From Terriglobia bacterium (lineage in GTDB: Bacteria > Acidobacteriota > Terriglobia > JAJPHL01 > JAPKYU01), in assembly GCA_965206645.1 (NCBI GenBank), contig CBDBKE010000004.1:1120001-1184000 (forward strand): 64,000 nucleotides of DNA. Direction: 5' to 3'. Both the position numbers and the translations under genes were made by a program. This document shows, piece after piece, positions 1-11,554 of the stretch. Within the stretch, counting starts at the first letter, position 1; the number at the start of each line of letters is the position of its first letter. The notes below the pieces were generated by a model. That model had not been told where the DNA came from. It ran no database searches and saw only the letters and a program-made list of their open reading frames with translations.

Positions 1-617
<617 letters not shown>

Positions 618-654
618 TCATGAGGCCTTGGAAAGTGCGATGCACACACTGTAC

Positions 655-853
655 CCGGAATTTCCTTTTTGGCCTTCCGGCGATTGAAAATATACACCCA
701 TCTGCGTCCCAGCGAGTACAATGTTTTCTCCGAGAGGACCATCAGCTCCGAGCGTCCCTTTCGGGGTCCCCTAACACCGTCCAATCAGCATCCAAACCCA
801 GCTTTTTCAGGCAACTCTCCATGCCTGGGGGATAGCAGAATCGTTTTCTCGGG
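655..853 (-). mobile_element. Solo right-end remnant of the IS1380-family element, cut by IS6
   Basis: Reverse complement of the 3' non-coding tail at ~17610-17805, including IR CCGGAATTTCCTTTTTG. Confidence 0.9.
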
Positions 854-1657
854 GGTACTGTCAAGTTCAGTGGGAGCGTGGCAGACTTGGCCGATGAAAC
901 GCGACACGCTGAGCTACCATGGATATCGATTCCCACCCGACATTATCAGCCACGCCGTCTGGCTGTATCACCGCTTCGGTGTGAGCTTTCGCAATGTCGA
1001 AGATCTCCTGGCCCAACGCGGCATTACGGTGTCCTACGAAGCGATCCGGCTGTGATGCCTCACGATCGGTTCAGTATACGCTCGCCGGCTCAAGCGTCGA
1101 CAGGGCCGGCTGGGCGACATCTGGCACATGGACGAGGTCTTCGTCACCATCCAGGGACAGCAGCGCTATCTCTGGCGTGCCGTCGATCAAGATGGTGACG
1201 TCATCGATATCCTCGTCCAGTCGCGTCGCGACTGTCGGGCGGCTACACGCTTTTTCCGCAAGCTGTTGAAGGGCCAGGAGCGTACGCCTGGGCGGTTGGT
1301 CACCGACAAGCTGAGCAGCTACAGGGCTGCGCACCGAGCGGTCATGCCGTCCGTCGCCCATCGCACGGACCGATACGAGAACAATCGCGCCGAAGTCTCC
1401 CATCAGCCCACACGGCAACGCGAGCGACAAATGCGCCGGTTCAAATCTCCCGGGCAGGCACAACGATTCTTGTCCGTGCATGGACTCGTCCGCAACCTCT
1501 TCCGCGTTGGCCGTCACCTGGTGCGAGCGGTGCATCATCGGGAGCTACGAGGACGCTCTTTTCTCATTTGGGATGCAGTCACGATCGCCGCCTGACTCGA
1601 ACTGAGATCACGATCCCGAGTACCGGCTCGCTCGACGAACGCTAACTTGACAGTACC
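854..1657 (+). mobile_element. IS6-family element; transposase (894-1595) inactivated by in-frame TGA at 1053-1055
   Basis: 14-bp IRs GGTACTGTCAAGTT/AACTTGACAGTACC; YHGYRFPPDIISHAVWLY, WHMDEVF, NNRAEVSH motifs. Confidence 0.93.
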
Positions 1658-1870
1658 GGTCGGTGGGTTGGTCGGGCACCAGATTCTCAATGACACCGTC
1701 GGCCAAGATCTCCAACCCCCACACCCGCCGCGCCTATGCCCGTCCCGTGGGGCGTTTTTTGGCTTGGTACGAGGAGCAAGAGATCGAGCTGCGCCAGGTC
1801 ACGCCGGGGCTGGGCGGGCGTTTTATCGAGGAGTTGCCCGGATAGGACCCCACCCGGAATCTGGCCCTGG
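1658..1870 (+). pseudogene. N-terminal (SAM-like) fragment of a tyrosine recombinase
   Basis: ISNPHTRRAYARPVGRFLAW...TPGLGGRFIEEL, interrupted by a stop and truncated on both sides. Confidence 0.55.
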
Positions 1871-2449
1871 CCGTGTTCGGGTGGATTGAGATACAGCCCG
1901 ACAACGTCCTCGAGTTCCTCGGCAAAGCGGGGATCGTTGCTGAGCTTGAAGGTGGCGGTGCGGTGCGGCTTCAAGCCGTGTGCGCGCCAGATACGCCGCA
2001 CGCTGGCTGCACTGATTCCCATGGCGGCGGCCATCGAGCGGGTGCTCCAGTGAGTAGCGTTGGGCGGAGTTTGCTGCGTGGTCTTGGCGATGAGTTCCCT
2101 CACGAGTTTCGCGGTGATCCGCGGTTTGCGGCCGGGACGAGGGGCGTCCTTTTCCAGACCGGCGAGTCCGAGTTGGAGGTATCTTTTCCGCCACCGCGCC
2201 GCCTTCTCCGGAGTAAGATTCAACTCGGCAGTGATCTGTTTGTTGCGGCAGCCGGCGGCAGCCAGCAGCACGATTCTCGACCGTTCAATCAGGCGGACCG
2301 GCAGCTTTCGGCTCCGAACGATGGCCTCCAGCCGCGACCGCTGATCCGCGTCCAGTTCAACCTGGGGAGCAATACGCATCGGGGACGTCCTCTCGATTGT
2401 ATAGACGTCCCCAAGATAATAAACGTTACTATTTACGACGAACTACACT
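1871..2449 (-). mobile_element. IS630-family element, 5' part only (ORF starts at 2379, DDE domain missing)
   Basis: RSRIVLLAA...DAPRPGRKP...ATHWSTRSMA...FKLSNDPRF..DVVGLYLNPPEH; TA at the end. Confidence 0.88.
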
Positions 2450-2450
2450 A

Positions 2451-3352
2451 GAGGTGGTCTCAAAAATGGTTCTTTGGCAACGGGAAGAAAAGAAAGAGGC
2501 TTGCGAGGAAAAGAGGTTGAGGGAAACTGAAGAAGATCTGGCGATTTGACGCGAAACCAAACCCATGCATGGACGCTGGGAACTCAGCGACGAGCAGTGG
2601 GCTTTGTTGGAACCGATCCTGCGGTCGGAGCGGCGGCCCGATGGAAAGGGGCGACCGCCGAAGGACGCGCGCGCGGTGCTGAACGGCGTGTTGTGGATTT
2701 TAGGAACGGGGGCACAGTGGCGGGAGATACCGGAAAAATATCCTCCGCACCAGACCTGCCATCGCCGCTTTCAGCAGTGGGTGCGTTCGGGGGCGCTGGC
2801 GAAGGCGTTGCGGAAACTGGCGCGCCGGTTGCAAGCCGAGGGACGCTTGAATCTGGAGGAAGCCTTTATCGACGCGACCTTTGCGGCGGCGAAAAAAGGG
2901 GCTTCGGGATTGGTCCTACCAGGCGAGGTAAGGGGACGAAGATCACGGCTATCACCGTTGGCAACAGTTTAGCTGTCGCCGTCAGTGTCCAGGCTGCTTC
3001 ACCCCACGAAAGCCAACTGGTCGAAGAAACCCTCGGCCACAGCTTCCTCGACCAGCTTCCCGAACGACTGATCGGGGACAAAGCCTACGACAGTGACAAG
3101 TTAGACCGTCAGATGCAGGAACAATACGGGGTGCAGATGATTGCTCCGCACCGCAGCAACCGGGCACGCCCGACGCAAGACGGCCGGCCCTTACGCCGCT
3201 ATCGGCGGCGGTGGACAGTCGAGCGTCTGTTCGCTTGGCTGCAAGTGTTTCGCCGCCTGGTTACCCGCTACGAGTACCACATCGACAATTTCTTGGGTAT
3301 GGTCCGACTCGGATGCATCAAAATCATGCTGAGGTATTTTTGAGACCACCTC
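2451..3352 (+). mobile_element. IS5-family element with split transposase (2565-2972 and ~2900-3343, probable -1 frameshift)
   Basis: IRs GAGGTGGTCTCAAAAAT; TA on both flanks; AAAAAAGGGG slippery run at 2892; IGDKAYDSD and RWTVERLFAWL motifs. Confidence 0.93.
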
Positions 3353-3757
3353 TAGTGTCGAAGAGCCTCCAATTGTGTGAGTCACTCAAGTGAACGAACG
3401 CGTACTCGACTTCACGGCCCTCTCGTTTTCGGTTCGCCGACGATCTCGACCTGCGACGCTTCCATCTCGAGCACCACGCGTCCGTTACAGCGCTGCACGA
3501 GTCGAAAACCCGGCCTGGCGGTCGAGAGAGCGGGCCGTGGGTTCCGAACCGAAGGGGGGGAACTCTCCAGCGAGGAACACAGCGAACTGAACTTGTATCG
3601 CCACTGCTCTCGCCGTGTTTTGCTTGGTCCTCTCGACGGACGACGCCTCAGCCTTTTAGGTTTTGTACTGGGTTTGGCTGCCGCAACACCGCATGGGGGC
3701 AGTTCCCTGCCGACTCAGCGGTCCAATCCACCTAGGAGCTAGAATGGCTCTAGTTCG

Positions 3758-6700
3758 ATGACCACCCACTCAGGCCAGGCCACGGCGGTCCTCGCCGAAA
3801 AGCCCTCCGTTGCACGAGACATTGCCCAAGTCCTGGGCGCCCACCGGCGTGGCGAGGGGTTCCAGCACGGCAACGGATACATCGTGACGTGGGCCATCGG
3901 TCACCTTGTCTCGCTCGCCGAACCCCACGAAATCAATCCTGCCTGGCGTCGTTGGCGGCGGGATCTGCTCCCGCTGTTGCCTCGCGAGTGGCCCCTGGTC
4001 GTCTACGAAGAGACTCGTGATCAGTTCGAGGTCGTCCGAAGAATCCTCCGCAGCAACAAAGTCGCCCGGATCGTGGCGGCGACCGATGCAGGACGGGAGG
4101 GCGAGCTGATCTTCCGCTACATCTACAAGTTGGTCGGATGCACGAAACCGGTGGAGCGCCTCTGGATTTCCTCGCTGACATCCGAGGCAATTCGGCAAGG
4201 CTTCCGCACGCTGAAGCCTGCCCGAGCATACGACTGTCTCGCCGATGCGGCCCGAGCGCGCAGCCGGGCCGACTGGCTCGTCGGCATGAACCTCTCCCGC
4301 CTCTACAGTCTGGACTGCCAGCAACAGCTGTCAGTCGGACGGGTACAGACACCGACCCTGGCCATGGTGGTCGAGCGGGAGTTGGCGATTCGCTCGTTCG
4401 TGCCCGAGGACTATCTGCAGGTCGTCGCGACCTTCCAACCCTTGGAGGGTGCCGGCGACGAGCCAGGAGAGCAATCGGATGGCTCCGCGCAAAAGCTGTC
4501 TTTCAAGGGAACATACTTCCGGCCGGCTGAGAACCCAGCGTCGGTCGGCAAAGCTGAGCTTCTCGACAAGGGCCCATCCCAGCGTGGCACGCGGCTGCCG
4601 GCCGACGGTGAGGAAGCCCGCCAGATCGTCGAGCGGGCCCAAACGGGAGAGGCTCACATCGCGTCCATCGAATGCGAGACGAAGCGGCTGGCGCCTCCCT
4701 TGCTCTATGACCTGACGGAGCTGCAGCGCCACGCCAATCGACTCTACGGCTTCAGCGCGAAGCGGACCTTGGATCTCGCGCAGAACCTCTACGAGAAGCA
4801 CAAGCTCCTCACGTACCCTCGCACCAACAGTCGTCATCTCTCCCAGGACGTGGCAGCAACACTGGACAAAGTCGTACGGGCGATCGCCGGGCCCTATCAA
4901 GCGTCACTTGCTCCGGGAACCGGCAGGCGCCCCCTGGGTCGGCGGTTCGTCGATGACGCCAAGGTCACCGACCACCACGCGATCATCCCCACCGGCGTTG
5001 CGGGATCACCGCCGCGCGGCGATGAAGCCAAGATCTATGACCTGGTGTGCCGTCGTCTGCTCGGTGCTTGGCACCAGGACCACGTCTGGGCTGTCACCAC
5101 CATCATCACCACCGTCACTTCGCCTGCCGAGCCAGAGCAATCGGACCGCGTGGTCGACCGCTACTGCAGCCCGGGCATGTCGGTCGAACAAGAAGGCTGG
5201 AAAGTGCTGGACCTGGCGCCCCCAAGTAAAGCCGCCAAACGAAAACCGACAGCGGAAGAGATCCGAGACGACTCCTCGTCAAAGAACTCCCCCTCCGACG
5301 GAGAAGGCGCACAGAGAATCCCACCGGGACTGGCACAGGGCCAGCCACAACGAGTCTCCCACGTCGAAGCGCTTTCCAAGAAGACACGGCCGCCGAAGCG
5401 ATTCACCGAGGCCACGCTGCTGACGGCGATGGAGTCTGCCGGGAAGACGCTCGAAGAAAAAGAGCTTTCCGACGCTATGAAAGACCGCGGGTTGGGCACG
5501 GCGGCGACCCGCGCGACGATCATCGAGACAGTGTTGCGAAGGGAATACCTGCGGCGTAAGGGCAAGTCCCTCGAGGCGACCGAGAAAGGGATTCACTTGA
5601 TTGACGTCGTGCACGCTGCGGTCAAGAGTCCGGCCATGACCGGCGAGTGGGAAGCGCAACTGCGCGAGATCGAACGCGGCCAGGGCCAATTCCAGAAGTT
5701 CATGCAGGGGATCGAGGAGTACCTTCGCCACGTTGTCGGCAAGAAGCCGGTGCAAGGACAGCCCGAGCCCTACGCGGAGCATCAGTCATCCCTTCGGCCG
5801 ACGGCGGAGTCGCTCGGATCTCGGGCGACCCGTTCCCTTGAGCAAACAGAACGGCGCTCTCTGGCTGCGAGTGCGGGGGCTGGCCCACAAGGGGCGCTCT
5901 CTCACGCCCCGGCAGAGGTGGATCGCGGTTCGCCCACAGCTCGTGTGTCTACGGGCACGGACGGTGCGGAACAGGGTGGGTCCGGGCTCGGCGAGCTGCT
6001 GCGGTCCGGCTTCGGCTTCGAGTCATTCCGTCCCTATCAGGAGGAGGTCTGCGAGGCAGCCGCCGCCGGGCGTGACGTGCTACTGGTGATGCCCACCGGC
6101 GCCGGCAAATCGCTCTGCTACCAACTCCCTGGCCTGGCGCGCGGGGGCGTGACGCTGGTCATCAGCCCCCTGATCGCGCTCATGGAAGATCAGGTTGCCA
6201 AGCTCCAACAAACGGGCCTTCGTGCGGAGCGGATCCACTCTGGGCGCGACCGGGGGCTCAGCCGCGAGGTCTGTTTCCGTTACCTCGAGGGGAAACTCGA
6301 TTTTCTCTTCATCGCCCCGGAACGGTTGAATGTGACAGGCTTCCCGGAGATGCTCGCCAAGCGGACTCCCACGCTCATCGCGATCGACGAGGCACACTGT
6401 ATCTCACACTGGGGTCACGATTTCCGTCCCGAGTATCGCATGTTGGGACAGCGGCTCGCCCCGCTGCGTCCCGCTCCCGTCATCGCACTGACCGCGACCG
6501 CGACCCCGCTGGTGCAAGACGACATCATCGAACAGCTCGGGCTCAACAACCCGTTATGCGGGATCCACGGATTCCGGCGCGACAACATCGCCATCGAGGT
6601 CATCGAGAGGACGCCGAGTCAACGCCCTCCAGCAGTCAAGGAGCTGCTCGCGGAGCCAGTGCAGCGCCCCGCCATCATCTATGCGCCCACGCGCAAGTCC

Positions 6701-8029
6701 GCCGAAGAGCTCGCGCTGGAGTTAGCACCACAGTTCTCGACAGCGGCCTACCACGCGGGAATGATGCCGGAGACCCGCGACAAGGTCCAAACAGCGTTTC
6801 TGTCGGGCGCACACGAAGTCATCGTCGCCACGATCGCCTTCGGGATGGGGATCGACAAGCCCAACATCCGCACGGTCGTGCATACCGGCCTACCGGGCAG
6901 CGTGGAAGCCTACTATCAGGAAATCGGCCGGGCCGGACGCGACGGCAAGCCGTCCCGGGCGGTGCTGATGTATTCCTGGGCCGACCGCAAGACGCACGAG
7001 TTCTTCCAAGGGCGCGACTATCCCGCTGTGGAAGAGCTGGAGCGGATCTTCGAGAAACTGTCCAACGAACCCGAGGCCCGCCAGAAACTCAAGCAGCAGG
7101 TTCGAATGGACATGATCGTCTTCGAGAAAGCGCTCGAAAAACTCTGGATTCACGAGGGAGCGCTGATCGATCCCGAAGAAAACGTGCGGCGCGGTCATGA
7201 CCGCTGGAGGGCACCCTATATCGCGCAACGCGAGTACAAGCTCAAGCAGCTTGACCGCATCGTCCGCTTTGCCTCCTCACATGAGTGTCGCATGCGCGAC
7301 CTCGTCCGACACTTCGGCGACCAAGCGGACTCGCAACAGCCGTGCGGCACCTGTGACATTTGCGCTCCGGATTCTTGTGTCGTGCAGCGGTACCGGCAGC
7401 CCAGCGAAGAAGAAAACGTCAGTCTCGATCAGATCGTTGAAGCCGTCAAGGCGCAAGAGGGACTGGCCCTCGGCCGGTTGCACGAACAAGTCGCCAAAGC
7501 GACCCCGCTGGAACGAAAGACTTTCGAGAAGCTGCTGGGTGGGTTGGCCCGGGCAGGGCTCGTCAAGACAATCGCTGCTGCCTTCGATAAGAACGGGCGG
7601 AGGATCGAATATCGCCGCGTTTTTCTTACCCAGGAGGGCCGGCAGCTCACTGGCTCGGCCGCACCCCTCGTCTCGTTGCCGGTCGAGGCTCCCCCTGCCC
7701 CCAAGAAGAAAAAGAAGAAACGCACGGCGAAGCCCGGAAAGAAAGAGCCACGACCGGAGAAGCACAGGCCCACTGTTCAGCCCATCGAAGCCGACGACGG
7801 ACTCCCGGATCCACAACTGGTCGAGCAGCTGCGAGCCTGGCGTCTTGAGAAAGCCCGTGCGCAGCGCATCCCAGCTTTCCGCGTCTTCCCGGACCGAACC
7901 TTAAACTCCATCGCGCAATTGCGCCCCACCAACCAGGAAGAGCTCTTACAAGTGCCAGGCATCGGGCCCCGTCTCGCTCGTAAATACGGTCGGAAGATTC
8001 TCTCGCTCGTAGCCGGAAACGACAAGTGA
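3758..8029 (+). CDS. topB: DNA topoisomerase III-RecQ helicase-HRDC fusion protein (1423 aa)
   Basis: TOPRIM LAEKPSVA and ATDAGREGE, LSVGRVQTPTL, catalytic TYPRT; RecQ MPTGAGKSLCYQ, IDEAHCISHWGHDFRP, YYQEIGRAGRDG, Zn motif CGTCDIC; C-terminal HRDC; one uninterrupted ORF. Confidence 0.93.
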   Translation: MTTHSGQATAVLAEKPSVARDIAQVLGAHRRGEGFQHGNGYIVTWAIGHLVSLAEPHEINPAWRRWRRDLLPLLPREWPLVVYEETRDQFEVVRRILRSNKVARIVAATDAGREGELIFRYIYKLVGCTKPVERLWISSLTSEAIRQGFRTLKPARAYDCLADAARARSRADWLVGMNLSRLYSLDCQQQLSVGRVQTPTLAMVVERELAIRSFVPEDYLQVVATFQPLEGAGDEPGEQSDGSAQKLSFKGTYFRPAENPASVGKAELLDKGPSQRGTRLPADGEEARQIVERAQTGEAHIASIECETKRLAPPLLYDLTELQRHANRLYGFSAKRTLDLAQNLYEKHKLLTYPRTNSRHLSQDVAATLDKVVRAIAGPYQASLAPGTGRRPLGRRFVDDAKVTDHHAIIPTGVAGSPPRGDEAKIYDLVCRRLLGAWHQDHVWAVTTIITTVTSPAEPEQSDRVVDRYCSPGMSVEQEGWKVLDLAPPSKAAKRKPTAEEIRDDSSSKNSPSDGEGAQRIPPGLAQGQPQRVSHVEALSKKTRPPKRFTEATLLTAMESAGKTLEEKELSDAMKDRGLGTAATRATIIETVLRREYLRRKGKSLEATEKGIHLIDVVHAAVKSPAMTGEWEAQLREIERGQGQFQKFMQGIEEYLRHVVGKKPVQGQPEPYAEHQSSLRPTAESLGSRATRSLEQTERRSLAASAGAGPQGALSHAPAEVDRGSPTARVSTGTDGAEQGGSGLGELLRSGFGFESFRPYQEEVCEAAAAGRDVLLVMPTGAGKSLCYQLPGLARGGVTLVISPLIALMEDQVAKLQQTGLRAERIHSGRDRGLSREVCFRYLEGKLDFLFIAPERLNVTGFPEMLAKRTPTLIAIDEAHCISHWGHDFRPEYRMLGQRLAPLRPAPVIALTATATPLVQDDIIEQLGLNNPLCGIHGFRRDNIAIEVIERTPSQRPPAVKELLAEPVQRPAIIYAPTRKSAEELALELAPQFSTAAYHAGMMPETRDKVQTAFLSGAHEVIVATIAFGMGIDKPNIRTVVHTGLPGSVEAYYQEIGRAGRDGKPSRAVLMYSWADRKTHEFFQGRDYPAVEELERIFEKLSNEPEARQKLKQQVRMDMIVFEKALEKLWIHEGALIDPEENVRRGHDRWRAPYIAQREYKLKQLDRIVRFASSHECRMRDLVRHFGDQADSQQPCGTCDICAPDSCVVQRYRQPSEEENVSLDQIVEAVKAQEGLALGRLHEQVAKATPLERKTFEKLLGGLARAGLVKTIAAAFDKNGRRIEYRRVFLTQEGRQLTGSAAPLVSLPVEAPPAPKKKKKKRTAKPGKKEPRPEKHRPTVQPIEADDGLPDPQLVEQLRAWRLEKARAQRIPAFRVFPDRTLNSIAQLRPTNQEELLQVPGIGPRLARKYGRKILSLVAGNDK

Positions 8030-8062
8030 CCTTGGGCAGAACGCGTGCTGCCGGGGGGCGTT

Positions 8063-8429
8063 AGAGTCTGTGTGAAAACCGCTTTTGCGAGTCACGTATA
8101 ATGCGCCTTAAGGAGGCGCGATGAAATTCTTGACCTACAACCCGTAGCAAGCGTATCTGCTGCCGCCCAGCGTGCGGGAGGTGCTGGGAGAAGATCACAT
8201 CTGTTTTTTTGTGCAGCAAGTCGTGGAGCGGCTGGAACTGAGTGCGCTTGAGCAGGGCTACGTCGAGGAAGGCCGCCCGGCCTATCACCCTGTCCTGCTG
8301 CTGAAAGTGTGGCTGTATGCCTACGTGTTGGGGCTCACCTCGGCGCGGCGGCTGAAGCAGCGGGTGCGGGAAGACTTGGCCTTCCGGCACCTGGCGGGTG
8401 GGGCCACACCGGATTTTTGGACCCTCAAC
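8063..8429 (+). pseudogene. IS1182-family transposase 5' fragment with a premature stop, truncated by IS3
   Basis: MKFLTYNP*QAYLLPPSVRE...GRPAYHPVLLLKVWLYAY...PDFWTL. Confidence 0.85.
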
Positions 8430-9679
8430 TGACCAGACCGATTTTTTGTACCAACCGTAGTGAGAGTTTACATCGCAGCCTGGGGCTGTGAAACTGGTTT
8501 CAGTGGCAGGGGAGGGCTATAGGCCCCCGGCGCCGGGGGCCTATAGCCGAGCGCCGAGTGCGGCCGCACCGTGTTGTATTGCACCCTCCACTGTTCAATC
8601 ACCACCTGTGCCTCCTTCAACGAGTAGAAGATCTCTCCATTCAGGCATTCGTCCCGCAGCTTCCCATTGAAACTCTCGCAGTACCCGTTCTCCCAGGGAC
8701 TGCCCGGTTCGATGTACAGTGTCCCGGTCCCTAGATTTGCCAACCACTGGCGCAGTTGTTTGGCGATGAACTCGGGACCATTGTCGGATCGAATCTGTTC
8801 CGGTATCCCTCGCCACAACATCACGTCCGACAACGCCTCAATGATTTGTTGGCTGCCCATTCTCCGCTCCACCCGGATCGCCAGGCATTCCCGCGTGTAC
8901 TCATCCAGCAAGGTCAGCAGCCGCAGCGTTCTCCCCTCGTGCGTTCTGGCACTCATGAAGTCGTAGCTCCACACGTGGTTCGGTCGCTCCGGCCTCAGTC
9001 GTACACAGGAACCGTCGTTCAGCCACAGCCGTCCTCGCGGCCTTTGTTTTTGCGGCACTTTCAGCCCTTCCCGCCGCCAAATCCGCTGCACCCGGTCCTT
9101 GCCCACTTCCCAGCCCGCACTCCGCAGCAACGCTGTGATCCTCCGGTAGCCATATCGCCCGTAGTTCGCTCCCAGGGCAATGATCGCTCGGGTCAGAGCA
9201 TCCTCGTCCACCCGATGAATCGGCTCGTATCGTTGTGTCCCTCGCCATTGCCCCAGCAGCCGGCAGGCATGCCGTTCCGACAACCCGTGTTGCTCCCACG
9301 CACGCTCCACCGCACAACGCCGCCGCTCAGGGCTCAGAAGTTTCCCTGTGCCACATCCCGCAGTACCTGCTTCTCCAGAGAAAGCTCCGCTACCAACCGC
9401 TTCAGCCGCGTGTTTTCCTTCTCCAACTCCTTTAGCCGTTTTGCCTGCACCACCTTCAGCCCGCCGTATTCCTTCCGCCACCGGTAGTAGGTTTGGGTGT
9501 GGATTCCAGCTTCTTTGCAGGCTTGGGGCGCAGTCTTCCCGTTCCCCATCTGCACTTCTATCTGCCGTAGCACCGCTACAATCTGCTCCGGCTTGTAACT
9601 CCTTGTCGGCATGACCTCACTTCCTCCTCAAGTGGATTCTCTCTCTTTCCACTTGGTACAAAAAGTGCCGGTCAGGTCA
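8430..9679 (-). mobile_element. IS3-family (IS407-like) element, copy 1, 1250 bp
   Basis: TGACC...GGTCA termini; orfA 9334-9612, orfB with WSYDF, RSDNGPEF, NGYCESFNG; GGGAAAC overlap. Confidence 0.96.
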
Positions 9680-9713
9680 TGAGTACAATCAAGAACCGGC
9701 CGAGCGAACGTCG

Positions 9714-10454
9714 ATGAGATTCGCGACTGTAAACGAGATTCGTACGAAACCTTTCCCGGGTCTCGCCGGAACGTGCGACTTGTGTGGTCGCGCCGTGATT
9801 CCGAAATGCGGTCAATACGTGCGATGGCATTGGGCCCACAAGCGCAGGAGTGGCTGCGATCCATGGCACGAAGCCGAAACCGACTGGCACCTCATGTGGA
9901 AGAACTGCTTTCCGCAGCACTGCCAGGAAAGAGTGCATGTCGACGAGCGAACAGGGGAAAAGCACATAGCGGACGTCAAGGCGGACAGCGGACTCGTCGT
10001 GGAAGTCCAACATTCACCGATTGCTGAAGACGAGATGCAGAGTCGCGAGAGCTTCTACGGCGACATGATCTGGATTGTTGATGCGCGCGACCTCCACGGG
10101 TACTTCACTTTGGGCACGTCGTTCGACCTCGCCACCTGCAATCCGATGTCGTATCACTTTCAGTGGCTCAGCCGAAGCACGCTGTTGAAGAGATGGTCGC
10201 TGGCCCGGAAGCCCGTCTTTTTTGACACTCTCATTCAGAATTCCTTCACGCCCACGGTGCACACGCCGTCCGCGGAACATGTCCTGTGGAGATTGCTCGA
10301 ATTCGATCCCGGCGATGCCCCGGGACTCATTGCTCCGGTCCGTTCGGACTGCCTTGTGGAGGCCGTCCTCAACGGCGAATCCGTGCCCCTGATGCGATGC
10401 AAAGAAGAGGACGCGTGGCGCTACCGGAGGAAGATGGTCGAGTTGGTCCCCTGA
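9714..10454 (+). CDS. CoiA-like protein (Zn ribbon plus PD-(D/E)xK nuclease)
   Basis: CDLC...KCG..WHWAH..CDPW.E.ET.WH..WK; HIADV...VVEVQHS motifs. Confidence 0.8.
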   Translation: MRFATVNEIRTKPFPGLAGTCDLCGRAVIPKCGQYVRWHWAHKRRSGCDPWHEAETDWHLMWKNCFPQHCQERVHVDERTGEKHIADVKADSGLVVEVQHSPIAEDEMQSRESFYGDMIWIVDARDLHGYFTLGTSFDLATCNPMSYHFQWLSRSTLLKRWSLARKPVFFDTLIQNSFTPTVHTPSAEHVLWRLLEFDPGDAPGLIAPVRSDCLVEAVLNGESVPLMRCKEEDAWRYRRKMVELVP

Positions 10455-10540
10455 TTCGCGCCGGCGCGTTTTTCGCCGGCAGATCGCACAACGCCGGTAG
10501 CGCCCACACCGCATCGCCTGCGCCCTGTCGCGATATCGCC

Positions 10541-10805
10541 TCAGCGGCTCGGACCATGGTCGCGCTCCCGTCCCCGCTGCCGACCCGGCCGGGGTATCAG
10601 CTCCAACGCTCGATTGATGGTGACCAGATGGGCGATCACCGCGACGACCTCGGCCGCCGAGCCGTGGGTGTTCACCCAGCGAGCGACTTGATTCAGGTTG
10701 TTGCCGATGCGGGCGCCCTGTCGGGTGCGCTCGCGCTCGACGGCGACCGCCAGGGCGGTCCAGGTGCGCGTCCGCGCCATCGCCTGCCGCAACAGCGCCG
10801 ACACG
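10541..10805 (-). pseudogene. MobC-like relaxosome protein, 5' end cut by MITE
   Basis: RIGNNLNQVARWVN motif. Confidence 0.75.
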
Positions 10806-10936
10806 GGTACTGTCAAGTTGAGCAGAATCCGCCCGTTTTGCGGAAAGATTCTGCTGGATCAGAGACTGAGAATCAATGACTTAGCGGTGGCGCCGGGCGG
10901 CGAGAATGCCGCCAAACTGCTTAACTTGACAGTACC
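10806..10936 (+). mobile_element. MITE-A copy 1 (131 bp, IS6-type IRs)
   Basis: GGTACTGTCAAGTT...AACTTGACAGTACC; near-identical to four other copies. Confidence 0.93.
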
Positions 10937-11130
10937 GTTTTGATACACGTGCGAAGCAGGTGCTCTGTTGTCACGGGACCAGTGAGCGCTTTGGCAGAGC
11001 CCATCCCCTATCTCGATCAATGCGGGATTGCCCAAAGCCAGGCTGCATGGGTTGATCGCCCAAGAAGCAAAGCGCAACATCTGTTTATGTGTGCTGAACT
11101 CATCGCTGTTCTACTGGCTACTGACCGTGT

Positions 11131-11198
11131 GGTCGGATTGCCTTCTTCATGATCTCTTCAGGCTACCAGCCGCCGCTGGCCAAAGTTGCAACACAACC
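11131..11198 (-). mobile_element. Left-end remnant related to the IS6 at 26845
   Basis: GGTTGTGTTGCAACTTTG IR followed by the first transposase codons. Confidence 0.75.
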
Positions 11199-11289
11199 CT
11201 TTCGACAATAATCGGCTATTAAATAGTCTGGATACTGTAATCGCTATCTGTCGCAAACAGGCGGCGCTTTGCCTTCCGTTGGACGCCGC

Positions 11290-11460
11290 ATCGAAAACCA
11301 TTGCCTACCTCAGCGTCTCCACTCGTTCGCAGGATCTCGCCAACCAGAAACTGGCCATTCTCGACCACGCCCGTCAAAAGCATTTTGTCGTGGACCGATT
11401 CGTCGAAGTGCAGGCCTGCTCCCGGAAGGGGCGGGACCAGGGGCGCATCGACCTGGCGAC
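11290..11460 (+). pseudogene. Serine recombinase/resolvase N-terminal fragment
   Basis: TIAYLSVSTRSQDLANQK, a degenerate YxRVST motif. Confidence 0.65.
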
Positions 11461-11554
11461 TGCTGCTGCGTGGAAAATTCAAACTAGACCAGCACCCATT
11501 CTCCACAGGATTCATTACCGGTAGCGTTGAAACGATGTGTGTGAATCACACAGC

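Noticed and set aside
11131-11198. The two IS6 left-end remnants (also 36072-36127) as a third MITE family
   Set aside because: Each has only one IR and they break at different points.
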